This document shows positions 28,786 through 37,822 of a DNA stretch of 64,000 nt, piece by piece. How positions within the stretch are numbered: the first letter of the stretch is position 1; every line of letters starts with the position of its first letter. The notes beneath the pieces are model-generated. The model was not told the origin of the DNA. It saw nothing but the letters and a program-made list of their open reading frames with translations, and did no database searches. The position numbers and the translations under genes are program-made. The stretch comes from an uncultured Dehalococcoidia bacterium. GTDB taxonomy: Bacteria > Chloroflexota > Dehalococcoidia > SZUA-161. The stretch spans positions 1,976 through 65,975 of the forward strand of contig CAYVQT010000006.1 of the NCBI GenBank assembly GCA_964453665.1, read 5' to 3'.

Positions 28786-29727
28786 CTACTCCGCGCGGGG
28801 GTGGGCACTATTATAGACCCGACGCATGCGCTCGGTTGTGAGATGGGTATAAATCTGTGTGGTGGAGATATTGGCGTGACCCAGAAGCTCCTGGAGCTCC
28901 CTGAGGTTCATCTTGCCGCTATGCAGCAAATGGGTCGCTATGCTGTGGCGCAATACGTGGGGTGTGAGCTCCATAGTTATATTGGCCTTTTTAGCGTACC
29001 CCTTTAAGATAAGCCAGAACCCCTGCCTGGTGAGCCTCTGCCCCCGCCGGTTGAGGAATAGCGCTGTCTCACCGGTTGCGCCCAGGAGACGAGCACGACC
29101 GTCATCAACATAGCTCTTAACCGCCTTGATCGCTTTATTATGGATGGGGATAAGCCGCTCCTTAGACCCCTTGCCGAAACACCTTACGTATCCTGCTCTC
29201 AGATTCACATCGCGCACATTAAGTGACACCAGTTCAGTCACCCTCATCCCGGTGGCATAAATCAGTTCCAGCATAGCCTTGTCCCGTTTAGCCTCCGGGG
29301 TGGAAAGCTTACCGGACTGCTCCAAGAGTCTCTCGACCTCTTCAACAGAAATCGCTCTGGGCAGGGACTTACCAACCTTGGGGCCGGTTATGCCCTCGGC
29401 CGGGTTCTTCTCCAGCGTTCCTTCGGAGACAAGGAAGTTAAAGAAAGATTTAACCGCAGCCACCTTTCGCGCCATCGTTGCCGGGGCATAGCTCCGCTCC
29501 TTGAGATTGACCATATAGTTAAGCAGCAAAGAGCGATCAACCGATGCCCAGCTTACCTCAGGCCCATCGTCCTTGGAACTTCGCTCACGTATAAACGCGG
29601 CGAACTGGTTGAGGTCGTTTTTATATGCCTCGAGTGTGTTGTTGGAAAAACCCTTTTCTATAGAGAGAGCTGAAAGAAAGCTTGTAATCGCCCCATCCAT
29701 CTCATTCCTCCGATTTATGAAATGCAC
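28786..29727 (-). CDS. xerD: Tyrosine recombinase XerD/XerC type
   Basis: FLSALSIEKGFSNNTLEAYKNDL is present at the N-terminus. The C-terminal part is HVLRHSIATHLLHSG...LLGHANISTTQIYTH, giving the R-H-R-Y catalytic set. Confidence 0.85.
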   Translation of the reverse strand: MHFINRRNEMDGAITSFLSALSIEKGFSNNTLEAYKNDLNQFAAFIRERSSKDDGPEVSWASVDRSLLLNYMVNLKERSYAPATMARKVAAVKSFFNFLVSEGTLEKNPAEGITGPKVGKSLPRAISVEEVERLLEQSGKLSTPEAKRDKAMLELIYATGMRVTELVSLNVRDVNLRAGYVRCFGKGSKERLIPIHNKAIKAVKSYVDDGRARLLGATGETALFLNRRGQRLTRQGFWLILKGYAKKANITMELTPHVLRHSIATHLLHSGKMNLRELQELLGHANISTTQIYTHLTTERMRRVYNSAHPRAE

Positions 29728-30974
29728 TAGCCCGATATTTTCAAAGGGGGCAAGTTAAAACATCCTTCCTTGCACACCTCTAAATAGATAAGAGCCAACT
29801 CTTTGCTGAATAGCGCCCGCTTCCGCTTAACAGCCAGGGCTCGAGCGCGTGCCAGGATCTCGCGAACTGATTCATCATCGAGTTCAATCCCGAACTCGCT
29901 GGCGAATTTATAACGAATAGCATTAGATCCGCTGTGCTTGCCAACCACAATCCGCCGCTCCAGGCCCACCTCTTCAGGAGAAAAGGCCTCATATGTGGCC
30001 GGATGCTTAAGCACCCCATCAGCATGCATGCCCGATTCATGGGCAAAGATATTGTCCCCGATAATCGCCATGCTGACCGGCAAGGGCCGCCTGGCGGCCC
30101 CAGCTACAAACCGGGAAATAGCACGAAGTCGTGTAGTATCGATGCCGAGATCGATTTTCTCGACCTGCTTCAGCGCCATTACCACTTCGGCGAGGCTTGC
30201 GTTGCCCGCCCTTTCACCCAAGCCATTGACCGTGGTATTCACATATCTGGCGCCTGCCTTAATACCCGCCAGTGCGTTAGCGGTAGCCATACCAAAGTCG
30301 TTATGAGTATGCATCTCGATATCGATGCCAACATCTTCGATCAAGCGGTGGACTGATTCATAGGTTCTGAAAGGCTCCAGGACGCCAACCGTGTCACAAT
30401 ACCGCAGGCGGTCGGCACCGGCCTCCCTGGCATTCTGAGCGAAGTAGAGAAGAAAATCAGGGGAAGCCCTCGAGGCATCCTCAGCGTTAACCGAGACATA
30501 CAGGTCATGTCGTTTGGCGTATCTGGCTGCCTTTCTAACGCTCTCCAGCACCCATTCCCGGCTCTGCCCGAGCCTGCGTTCTATGTGCATATCCGACACA
30601 GGAATACTAATGGCAACCGCCTGGCTTCCACACCTCAGCGATGCATCGATATCTGAGATAACAGCCCGATTCCAAGTAAGGATTCTTGCCCGCAGCCCCA
30701 GAGCGATGATGCTGATGATGGCCTCCTTCTCATCGCCCCCCATAGCGGGGATGCCTGCCTCGATCTCATGTACCCCAATCTCATCGAGCATCCGGGCAAT
30801 GTGCACCTTCTCCTCGTTGGTGAACACCACCCCCGGCGTCTGCTCCCCATCTCTCAGAGTGGTATCATCAATAAATAGATTCAATCCACCCCCAGGAATG
30901 CACTTTTTCACGTGTATACAGTAGTAATCAGGGCAAAGCTTTCTAAACATAACACAATATATTGGGGTGGTCAA
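29727..30974 (-). CDS. Homocitrate synthase / short isopropylmalate-synthase-family enzyme (NifV-like). Re-citrate or citramalate synthase activity is possible.
   Basis: IDDTTLRDGEQTPGVVF and EMHTHNDFGMATANALAG are the DRE-TIM metallolyase motifs. The true start is probably internal to the 415-aa ORF. Confidence 0.8.
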   Translation of the reverse strand: MTTPIYCVMFRKLCPDYYCIHVKKCIPGGGLNLFIDDTTLRDGEQTPGVVFTNEEKVHIARMLDEIGVHEIEAGIPAMGGDEKEAIISIIALGLRARILTWNRAVISDIDASLRCGSQAVAISIPVSDMHIERRLGQSREWVLESVRKAARYAKRHDLYVSVNAEDASRASPDFLLYFAQNAREAGADRLRYCDTVGVLEPFRTYESVHRLIEDVGIDIEMHTHNDFGMATANALAGIKAGARYVNTTVNGLGERAGNASLAEVVMALKQVEKIDLGIDTTRLRAISRFVAGAARRPLPVSMAIIGDNIFAHESGMHADGVLKHPATYEAFSPEEVGLERRIVVGKHSGSNAIRYKFASEFGIELDDESVREILARARALAVKRKRALFSKELALIYLEVCKEGCFNLPPLKISG

Positions 30975-31033
30975 GGGGAAAAATCGGGGGGTTCTCTTGC
31001 AAACAGGTGTAGCTTCTCTTATACTTCGCTACG

Positions 31034-31618
31034 ATGCGAACCTCAACTTGGTTAAGCCTCTGGTTTTTGGGGGTGGGTATTTTGATTAGCCACTTCATTG
31101 TAGAAAACCCCCTACTTGTAATTGGCAGTTTAATAATGGCTGTTAGCACAATAGGGCTTATATACAACTATCGCTCTATTGTGATTGGTTATCCTATAAG
31201 AAGGTTAACAAACATAATACCAGAACGGATGGGAATGTTATTAACCACACAGGATTCCTTTGCTGATAATCTGGATATGCAAGTAACCAGTTCTAATATT
31301 GTGGCTGTAGAAAGGGAAAAACATTTTGGATTCTCAATAGAGTTATCCTTGACCGTTATTACTCCACCAGTGAAGATAACCGATTTGTATTTGCTCGTAG
31401 GTAACGAAGTTATAGAGCCGGTTGGTCAAATTTTACCATTTGAACTTAAGCAGAAAACAGAACAACATACATTCAGGTTCGAAGTGTCTCATGTCATAGC
31501 CAGAGAAGCCACTATTCGGTTTAATTGGTATGAAGTGAGAATTTACGCTTCAATCAGGGGGCATAGGAGAGAGTTTTGTTCAGGAAAATTCATAATTCCC
31601 TCGTCTTCCTCGTTATGA
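31034..31618 (+). CDS. Orphan membrane protein (2 N-terminal TM segments) in an AT-rich islet
   Basis: WLSLWFLGVGILISHFIV and LLVIGSLIMAVSTIGLIY are the hydrophobic stretches. A 60-nt sample I counted (31081-31140) is about 37% GC. I recognise no family. Confidence 0.4.
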   Translation: MRTSTWLSLWFLGVGILISHFIVENPLLVIGSLIMAVSTIGLIYNYRSIVIGYPIRRLTNIIPERMGMLLTTQDSFADNLDMQVTSSNIVAVEREKHFGFSIELSLTVITPPVKITDLYLLVGNEVIEPVGQILPFELKQKTEQHTFRFEVSHVIAREATIRFNWYEVRIYASIRGHRREFCSGKFIIPSSSSL

Positions 31619-31856
31619 CGTCCTGTTAGTTATAGATATGAAGACTACACCAAGATGCAAGAGTACCAATCGGGGGTGAAAGTACAACTCAGATGACCTT
31701 GATAAATCCCGGTATCACTGCGCAACTCCTCAACACCAATCTGGGTGCTCCCCCTCTTAAACACGTACATGGGTTTAACATAAACGTAATGTGTTTGTAA
31801 CAATCCAGCGATATTGTTTACATCAGGCAGCAACTAACCGAGAGGATGTCTTTTGA

Positions 31857-31885
31857 TTGACATATTATCCGATGTCGCTAATAAT
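31857..31885 (+). promoter_or_regulatory. Candidate promoter for the ferredoxin-GltS operon
   Basis: TTGACA (31857-31862), a 17-nt spacer, then AATAAT (31880-31885). Confidence 0.4.
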
Positions 31886-31895
31886 TATCATGAAC

Positions 31896-31928
31896 CCGCA
31901 ATAACCCGGGGCAGTCAGGTTATTGCGG
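31896..31928 (+). other. Perfect 11-bp stem-loop in the 5' leader of the ferredoxin gene
   Basis: CCGCAATAACC (31896-31906) pairs with GGTTATTGCGG (31918-31928) around an 11-nt loop. There is no T-tract. Confidence 0.5.
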
Positions 31929-31991
31929 CTTGAGTATGTTTACTGAATCTGCATCATATATTCTTTATAATTACGATGTCGGGGGCCAACA

Positions 31992-32441
31992 TTGAGGAGA
32001 GTACTCGTCAAGGAAGAGGTCTGCATGGGCTGTGGCCTTTGCCGCGTCTATTGCCAGGTCGAACACTCCAACTCTAAGGACATAATTAAGGCTTTCAAGC
32101 GCGAGGCTAATCGCCCATTGCCCAGGATTCGCGTTGAGAGAAATGGAGAGACCTGCTTTTCTATTCAGTGTCGCCATTGCGATGAGCCCTGGTGTGTTTA
32201 TTCATGCCTTACAGGAGCTATGCGCAGGGACCGGTCAAGCGGCGCAGTGACCATTGACGCGGAGAAATGCATTGGGTGCTGGACCTGTATTCTGGCTTGC
32301 CCTTATGGAGCATTGACAAAGGATGATAACAGGAAGGTTGTCGCCAAGTGTGACCTCTGTCCTGATCATGAGGTGCCGGTTTGTGTTGCCAACTGCCCTA
32401 ACGAAGCGCTAGTTCTCTGCGTGGACGGGGAAGAAAAGTGA
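31992..32441 (+). CDS. Polyferredoxin (four Cys clusters, [4Fe-4S]-type)
   Basis: The four Cys clusters are CMGCGLCRVYC, CRHCDEPWCVYSC, CIGCWTCILACP and CDLCPDHEVPVCVANCP. Confidence 0.85.
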   Translation: MRRVLVKEEVCMGCGLCRVYCQVEHSNSKDIIKAFKREANRPLPRIRVERNGETCFSIQCRHCDEPWCVYSCLTGAMRRDRSSGAVTIDAEKCIGCWTCILACPYGALTKDDNRKVVAKCDLCPDHEVPVCVANCPNEALVLCVDGEEK

Positions 32442-32543
32442 TTCGGATAATCGGCTGTGGGGCTGGAAATCCGCTATGAGCATTGCAATGCTCACCATGA
32501 AGGATAATAATGCTGTTTTTTAAAATAACCAAGATTCAAGACA

Positions 32544-32576
32544 CCGTTCATGGTGAGCTTGTCGAACCATGAACGG
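32544..32576 (+). repeat. Perfect 11-bp stem-loop inside the 232-nt intra-operon spacer
   Basis: CCGTTCATGGT (32544-32554) pairs with ACCATGAACGG (32566-32576). It is followed by CAGGGCTCAGGGC (32607-32619), whose near reverse complement GCCCTGAGCCTG occurs at 16416-16427. Confidence 0.55.
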
Positions 32577-32673
32577 CTCTTCGACAGGACTGCCCTGATT
32601 TTATTGCAGGGCTCAGGGCGAATTGTTCAGGTCCTATTTTAGGAGCAATGGCGAGGTTGAAGAGGTGGATGAT

Positions 32674-34008
32674 ATGACAAAAGCAGAGCTAATTGAAACG
32701 CGATACCTCATCATCGGGAATTCGGCCGGTGGCATCGGAGCCGCCGAAGCGATACGCGAGTCAGACAAAGTGGGTTCTCTCACCATAGTCTCTGACGAAC
32801 CCTATCCGAGCTATTCCCGTCCGCTTATCTCAAAGTATCTAACCAGGGAGCGCGTACTCGACGGCATGCTCTTTCGCCCGCCTGATTTCTACGAGCTGAA
32901 CAATATCAACACCCTGCTTGGTGTAAAGGTTATAAGCTTGAACCTTAGCGAGCATACCGCCGAACTCGAAAGCGGTGAGATTATTACCTGGGAGAAGCTT
33001 CTGATCGCCAGTGGCGGAGTACCTATAGTCCCCGGCGTTGTCGGAATAGAGAAAAGGGGCGTGTTCAACTTCATTACCCTTGACGACACCAAGGCGATCG
33101 ATGAGTTTCTCGACGGTTCCAATGAAGCTGTGGTTATAGGCGGTGGACTCATCGGTATCAGCGTAACCGAGGCGCTGGTGAAAAGAGGAGCTAAGGTCAC
33201 TGTGGTGGAAATGAAGGAGAGAATCCTGAATACCATCCTCGACGAGCAGGCGTCCTTGATTGTTGAGGGAACCCTCAAGGAGTCTGGGGTCAGGATCGTT
33301 ACGGATAGTACGGTAGCTGAGATCGTAGGCAAGGAGTGGGTAACAGGTGTAGTGCTGGACAATGAGGAGGACATATCCTGCAACCTGGTGGTAGTGGCGA
33401 TAGGTGTACTGCCACGCACCGAGCTTGTAAAGGGAACGGACATCGAGGTGAGACGCGGCATAGTGGTAGACCGCAATATGACTACGAGCCACCCCGATGT
33501 CTATGCCTGCGGGGACGCAGCCGAGGCCTATGATTTCGTCTATGGCACAAACCGACTGACCCCTATCTGGCCTAACGCTTACATAGGAGGCAGGATCGCA
33601 GGTCTTAACATGGCTGGCATTAAAACTGAATACCCCGGTGGCACAGCTATGAATTCGCTGAATTACTTCGGGATTGACATCGCTGCGGCGGGCATAGCCA
33701 CCCCCCCGGATGACGACGGTTATGAGTCCATAAGCAGCCAGGAGGAAGACATCTACAAGAAGCTCGTCCTGAAAGACAATGTCATAGTAGGGATGATATG
33801 CATTGGCGATATTGAGAAGTCAGGGATACTATTCAGCCTGATGAGAGATAGGGTTAATGTGTGCGACTTCAGGCAGACGCTGCTGGCGGATGACTTCGGT
33901 CTGGTATCGTTGCCCCGGAAGCTGTGGCAGGAGCGATTAGGAGCGCCGCAGGGGCGGGTTTTGGAACTACCCACCGAAGATATTGGAGAGGATGTCTCCG
34001 ATGAGTAA
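32674..34008 (+). CDS. FAD-dependent pyridine-nucleotide-disulfide-family oxidoreductase (NADH-oxidase-like)
   Basis: YLIIGNSAGGIGAAEAIRE is the FAD site and AVVIGGGLIGISVTEAL the NAD(P) site. ACGDAAEA is also present. The ATG at 32674 sits 6 nt after GAGGTG. Confidence 0.8.
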   Translation: MTKAELIETRYLIIGNSAGGIGAAEAIRESDKVGSLTIVSDEPYPSYSRPLISKYLTRERVLDGMLFRPPDFYELNNINTLLGVKVISLNLSEHTAELESGEIITWEKLLIASGGVPIVPGVVGIEKRGVFNFITLDDTKAIDEFLDGSNEAVVIGGGLIGISVTEALVKRGAKVTVVEMKERILNTILDEQASLIVEGTLKESGVRIVTDSTVAEIVGKEWVTGVVLDNEEDISCNLVVVAIGVLPRTELVKGTDIEVRRGIVVDRNMTTSHPDVYACGDAAEAYDFVYGTNRLTPIWPNAYIGGRIAGLNMAGIKTEYPGGTAMNSLNYFGIDIAAAGIATPPDDDGYESISSQEEDIYKKLVLKDNVIVGMICIGDIEKSGILFSLMRDRVNVCDFRQTLLADDFGLVSLPRKLWQERLGAPQGRVLELPTEDIGEDVSDE

Positions 34009-34032
34009 TAACCTGGTTTTGGAGCGCCGAGG

Positions 34033-35184
34033 ATGAATGACTTAAACAAGATAAATAATCCCTACTCCGAAGGTAAGGTTATAGATGCCTGCTCTATCTT
34101 CGGGATGATGGATACCGCAGGTAACTGCTTCTCCGGAGAGAACGTTATTAAGGCCATCGCCAATATGCACTTTCGCGGCAATGGCCTGGGCGGCGGTTTT
34201 GCCATCTACGGGCTCTACCCGCAATATCCCGCTCACTACGCTTTCCACGTAATGTACCTCAGCCACGAGGGGAAGGCCGAGGTAGAATCTTTCCTCAAGC
34301 AGCGATTCCACATCGAAGCTGCTGAGGAGGTGCCGACCCGAGCGACGCCTGCTATCATGAACCCTCCTCTTGTATGGCGCTACTTCCTCGAAGTAAAACA
34401 CGATAAGTGTGATAAAAATTCAGAGGACAATTATGTCGTAGACAGGGTCATGGAGATCAACACCGATATTAAGGACTCCTTCGTCTTCTCCAGCGGGAAG
34501 AACATGGCGGTGTTCAAGGGCGTCGGATATCCCGAGGACATAGCCGAATACTTCTGCCTGGAGCAGTACAAGGGATACCTGTGGACAGCCCACGGTAGAT
34601 TTCCCACCAACAGCCCCGGCTGGTGGGGTGGGGCACACCCCTTCAATATCCTTGACTGGACCGTGGTGCACAATGGGGAGATATCCTCTTACGGTATAAA
34701 CCGGCGATACCTGGAGGGATTTGGCTACCATTGCACCATGCAGACCGATACCGAGGTGGTAGCCTATGCCATCGACCTCCTGATTCGAAGGCACGACCTT
34801 CCAATTGAGATAGTAGCAAAGATACTGGCCCCACCTTTCTGGGATGATATAGAGCGTAGCCCCGAGCGTGAGCAAAAGCTGTTTCGCACTCTACGCCAGG
34901 TATATGGCAGTCTGCTATTGAACGGCCCTTTCACAGTAATAATAGCGCACCGGGGTGAAATGATAGGGCTCACTGACAGAGTAAGGCTGCGCCCGCTCAC
35001 CGTAGGAACGAAAGGCACCACGCTCTACCTCTCCTCGGAGGAGTCGGCCATTCGTCTGGTTTGCCCTGATCTCGAGCGGGCCTGGATTCCCGTGGGCGGC
35101 GAACCCATCGTTGGAAGCCTTGAAAGACCTCTCGGTGCCAAGGAGCTCGCTGTTACAGGAGAGATAAAACCTCGTGTTAATTAA
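34033..35184 (+). CDS. Archaeal-type glutamate synthase, glutamine amidotransferase (class II, Ntn) subunit
   Basis: There is a short propeptide before CSIFGMMD. RGNGLGGGF and HGRFPTNS...GAHPF are present. Confidence 0.85.
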   Translation: MNDLNKINNPYSEGKVIDACSIFGMMDTAGNCFSGENVIKAIANMHFRGNGLGGGFAIYGLYPQYPAHYAFHVMYLSHEGKAEVESFLKQRFHIEAAEEVPTRATPAIMNPPLVWRYFLEVKHDKCDKNSEDNYVVDRVMEINTDIKDSFVFSSGKNMAVFKGVGYPEDIAEYFCLEQYKGYLWTAHGRFPTNSPGWWGGAHPFNILDWTVVHNGEISSYGINRRYLEGFGYHCTMQTDTEVVAYAIDLLIRRHDLPIEIVAKILAPPFWDDIERSPEREQKLFRTLRQVYGSLLLNGPFTVIIAHRGEMIGLTDRVRLRPLTVGTKGTTLYLSSEESAIRLVCPDLERAWIPVGGEPIVGSLERPLGAKELAVTGEIKPRVN

Positions 35185-35232
35185 AAAAGGGGATTCCCAT
35201 AAGGAAGGCAGTATCCGAAGGAGGGGCCGAAG

Positions 35233-36738
35233 GTGAAAACCTATCTGCCGCCAAAGTTTATAGTTGAGCGAGACCCTGAGCGCTGTATCCAGTGTCAGGT
35301 GTGTGTTGACCAGTGCAGTTTCGACACACATTACTACGATGCTGAGGACGACGAGGTTAGAAGCCGCGAGGGTAGCTGCGTCGGCTGCCATCGCTGTGTC
35401 CTCTTTTGTCCCACTAATGCCCTGAATGTAAGAGGCGTTCCACTGGACTACAGAGATAACTATAACTGGCGTCCCGAAATCATCGAGGACATCGTCAAGC
35501 AGGCCGAGACCGGAGGCGTCCTTCTTACGGGGATGGGCAACGACAAAGAGTATCGCGTCTATTGGGACCACCTGGTTCTTAACGCCAGCCAGGTAACCAA
35601 CCCGTCAATAGACCCGCTAAGAGAGCCGATGGAACTCACCACCTATATCGGTCGAAAACCAGACAGGGTCGATATAGACCCCGACTCCGTGAGCATTAAA
35701 ACGGAGCTTGCGCCGCAGGTCAGGATCGAGGTGCCGGTTATGTTCTCTGCTATGTCCTACGGCGCAGTGAGCTTGAATGTGCACGAGTCGCTGGCACGGG
35801 CAGCTACCGAGGCGCAGACGCTGTGGAACACCGGCGAGGGAGGACTCCATCCCAAGCTATATAAATACGGGGCTAACACAATCGTCCAGGTGGCATCAGG
35901 GCGGTTTGGTGTGCATGCGGACTACCTTGACGCAGCCAGAATAGTAGAGATAAAGATCGGTCAGGGGGCAAAACCCGGTATAGGGGGGCACCTTCCCGGC
36001 GAAAAAGTAAGCGCCGATGTTTCCTGGACCAGAATGATTCCGCAGGGTACAGACGCCTTATCACCTGCGCCGCAGCACGACATCTATTCCATCGAGGACC
36101 TGGCTCAGCTTGTACACGCTTTAAAAGAGGCCACTAACTATACCAAGCCGATATCAGTAAAGATAGCCGCTGTCCATAACTCGGCCGCTATTGCCAGCGG
36201 GATGGTACGAGCGGGGGCGGACATGATAGTGCTCGATGGTCTGCGGGGCTCAACCGGCGCTGCGCCCAAAATCATACGCGACAATGTCGGCATTCCCATC
36301 GAGATGGCTCTCGCCTCAGTAGATACCCGCTTGAGGCAGGAAGGCATCCGTAATCAGGCCTCCGTTGTGATTGCCGGGGGAATCAGGAACAGCGGAGATG
36401 TGGCCAAGGCGATCGCCCTCGGCGCCGATGCCGTATATATCGGGACAGCGGCTCTCGTCGCCCTGGGTTGCTGTCTCTGCCAGCAGTGCCACACAGGGAA
36501 GTGCGCCTGGGGTATATGCACAACCGATCTCAGGCTGACCAAGAGGATCAATCCTGACATCGGAGCCAGACGGCTGGCCAACCTGCTGCGCGGTTGGAAC
36601 CTGGAGCTAAAAGAAATACTGGGCGGTATGGGCGTCAACGCCCTTGAGAGCCTGAGAGGCAACCGCCTGCACTTGAGAGGGGTCGGACTGACGGATACGG
36701 AACTCGAAATCCTGGGAGTAAAAATGGCAGGTAGCTGA
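35233..36738 (+). CDS. Archaeal-type glutamate synthase, FMN/Fe-S (GltB domain 2) subunit with an N-terminal 2x[4Fe-4S] ferredoxin module
   Basis: CIQCQVCVDQC and CVGCHRCVLFCP form the ferredoxin module. EIKIGQGAKPGIGGHLPGEKV and the C-terminal CCLCQQCHTGKC are present. The GTG start follows GGAGGGG. Confidence 0.9.
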   Translation: MKTYLPPKFIVERDPERCIQCQVCVDQCSFDTHYYDAEDDEVRSREGSCVGCHRCVLFCPTNALNVRGVPLDYRDNYNWRPEIIEDIVKQAETGGVLLTGMGNDKEYRVYWDHLVLNASQVTNPSIDPLREPMELTTYIGRKPDRVDIDPDSVSIKTELAPQVRIEVPVMFSAMSYGAVSLNVHESLARAATEAQTLWNTGEGGLHPKLYKYGANTIVQVASGRFGVHADYLDAARIVEIKIGQGAKPGIGGHLPGEKVSADVSWTRMIPQGTDALSPAPQHDIYSIEDLAQLVHALKEATNYTKPISVKIAAVHNSAAIASGMVRAGADMIVLDGLRGSTGAAPKIIRDNVGIPIEMALASVDTRLRQEGIRNQASVVIAGGIRNSGDVAKAIALGADAVYIGTAALVALGCCLCQQCHTGKCAWGICTTDLRLTKRINPDIGARRLANLLRGWNLELKEILGGMGVNALESLRGNRLHLRGVGLTDTELEILGVKMAGS

Positions 36739-36739
36739 G

Positions 36740-37513
36740 ATGGCAGAGAACGTTTATCACGAAAACGCAAACCAGGCGGTTAAAATCGACGCCTATGGTG
36801 ACACTCACCGCGAGCTAAACGCCAAGCTGCGGGATGCAGTTTCGAATGGAACCCGGAGGATCGAGCTTCTGAACGTCTATGGGCAGAGATATATCGGAAC
36901 GGACCTGGACAGACCGGTGGATATCGAGATATTCGGTGTTCCCGGCAATGATCTGGGGGCTTTCATGAACGGGCCGAGGATTACTGTCCGCGGTAATGCC
37001 CAGGATGGCTGCGGAAACACTATGAATAACGGGGAGATAATAGTCCACGGTCATGCAGGGGACATCATCGGCCTCTCGGCCCGGGGAGGAAAGATCTTTG
37101 TCCGGGAAGATGTCGGCTACAGGGCCGCCATCCATATGAAGGAGTACCAGGACAAGAAGCCAGTGCTGGTCATCGGAGGCACCGCCCAGGACTTCTTCGG
37201 CGAATATATGGCGGGGGGAATCGTGATCCTGCTCGGCCTCAATCTGAAGGAAGGAGAACGCCACAAGGCCAGGTTCATCGGAACCGGGATGCACGGGGGG
37301 GTCATCTACCTGAGGGGCAGTGTAGATGATTTCCAGCTAGGCAAAGAGGTGGGCGTTGCCGAGCTGGAAGAGGATGACCGCCAGCTTGTCCGGCAATTCG
37401 TCAGCGAGTATGCGTCCCATTTCGATTGCGACGCCGAGGTGATACTGAAGAGCAATTTTATCAAGCTGTTCCCCCTTTACCTCAGACCTTACGGGAGACT
37501 CTACGCGTACTAA
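36740..37513 (+). CDS. Archaeal-type glutamate synthase, GXGXG (GltB domain 3 / FwdC-like) subunit
   Basis: It has repeated beta-helix GxGxG-type turns (GVPGNDLGAFMNG, VRGNAQDGCGNTMNNG, VHGHAGD). The start lies 1 nt after the upstream stop. Confidence 0.85.
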   Translation: MAENVYHENANQAVKIDAYGDTHRELNAKLRDAVSNGTRRIELLNVYGQRYIGTDLDRPVDIEIFGVPGNDLGAFMNGPRITVRGNAQDGCGNTMNNGEIIVHGHAGDIIGLSARGGKIFVREDVGYRAAIHMKEYQDKKPVLVIGGTAQDFFGEYMAGGIVILLGLNLKEGERHKARFIGTGMHGGVIYLRGSVDDFQLGKEVGVAELEEDDRQLVRQFVSEYASHFDCDAEVILKSNFIKLFPLYLRPYGRLYAY

Positions 37514-37657
37514 GCGAGGGCTCGAAAGATAATAGGCCTGGGTAATTTTCTTTCTTCCCTGTTCAATCTTCCAGATAAACGTTTGTCCTCCTCACACGGA
37601 ATAAGCTATTTCATATACCGCCAAACATATAAATTGTAGCAGACGATTAAAGGATAT

Positions 37658-37687
37658 TTGCAAAATGAATTACGAATTTGATATACT
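37658..37687 (+). promoter_or_regulatory. Candidate internal promoter ahead of korD
   Basis: TTGCAA (37658-37663), an 18-nt spacer, then TATACT (37682-37687). A 7-bp stem-loop, CTGCACC/GGTGCAG (37707-37739), follows in the leader. Confidence 0.35.
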
Positions 37688-37822
37688 GAGACCTGTGGAC
37701 GAGTGACTGCACCTGACGGATTGCTTCCTTACGGTGCAGCTAAGACCTGACAAGCGATATCATGGTGGTAAATCCTCTGGAACCTATGACTACCGCGGGA
37801 TATCAATATAGAAGGTACTGCT

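Noticed and set aside
28786-29727. The tyrosine recombinase as a marker of a prophage or integrative element (with the AT-rich islet at 31 kb)
   Set aside because: The sequence is XerD/XerC-like throughout. Its neighbours are housekeeping genes. No att-like direct repeats, tRNA target or phage genes are present.
31645-31833. 62-aa minus-strand ORF in the AT-rich islet
   Set aside because: It has no RBS and no recognisable features. It lies in what looks like the regulatory or non-coding part of the islet.
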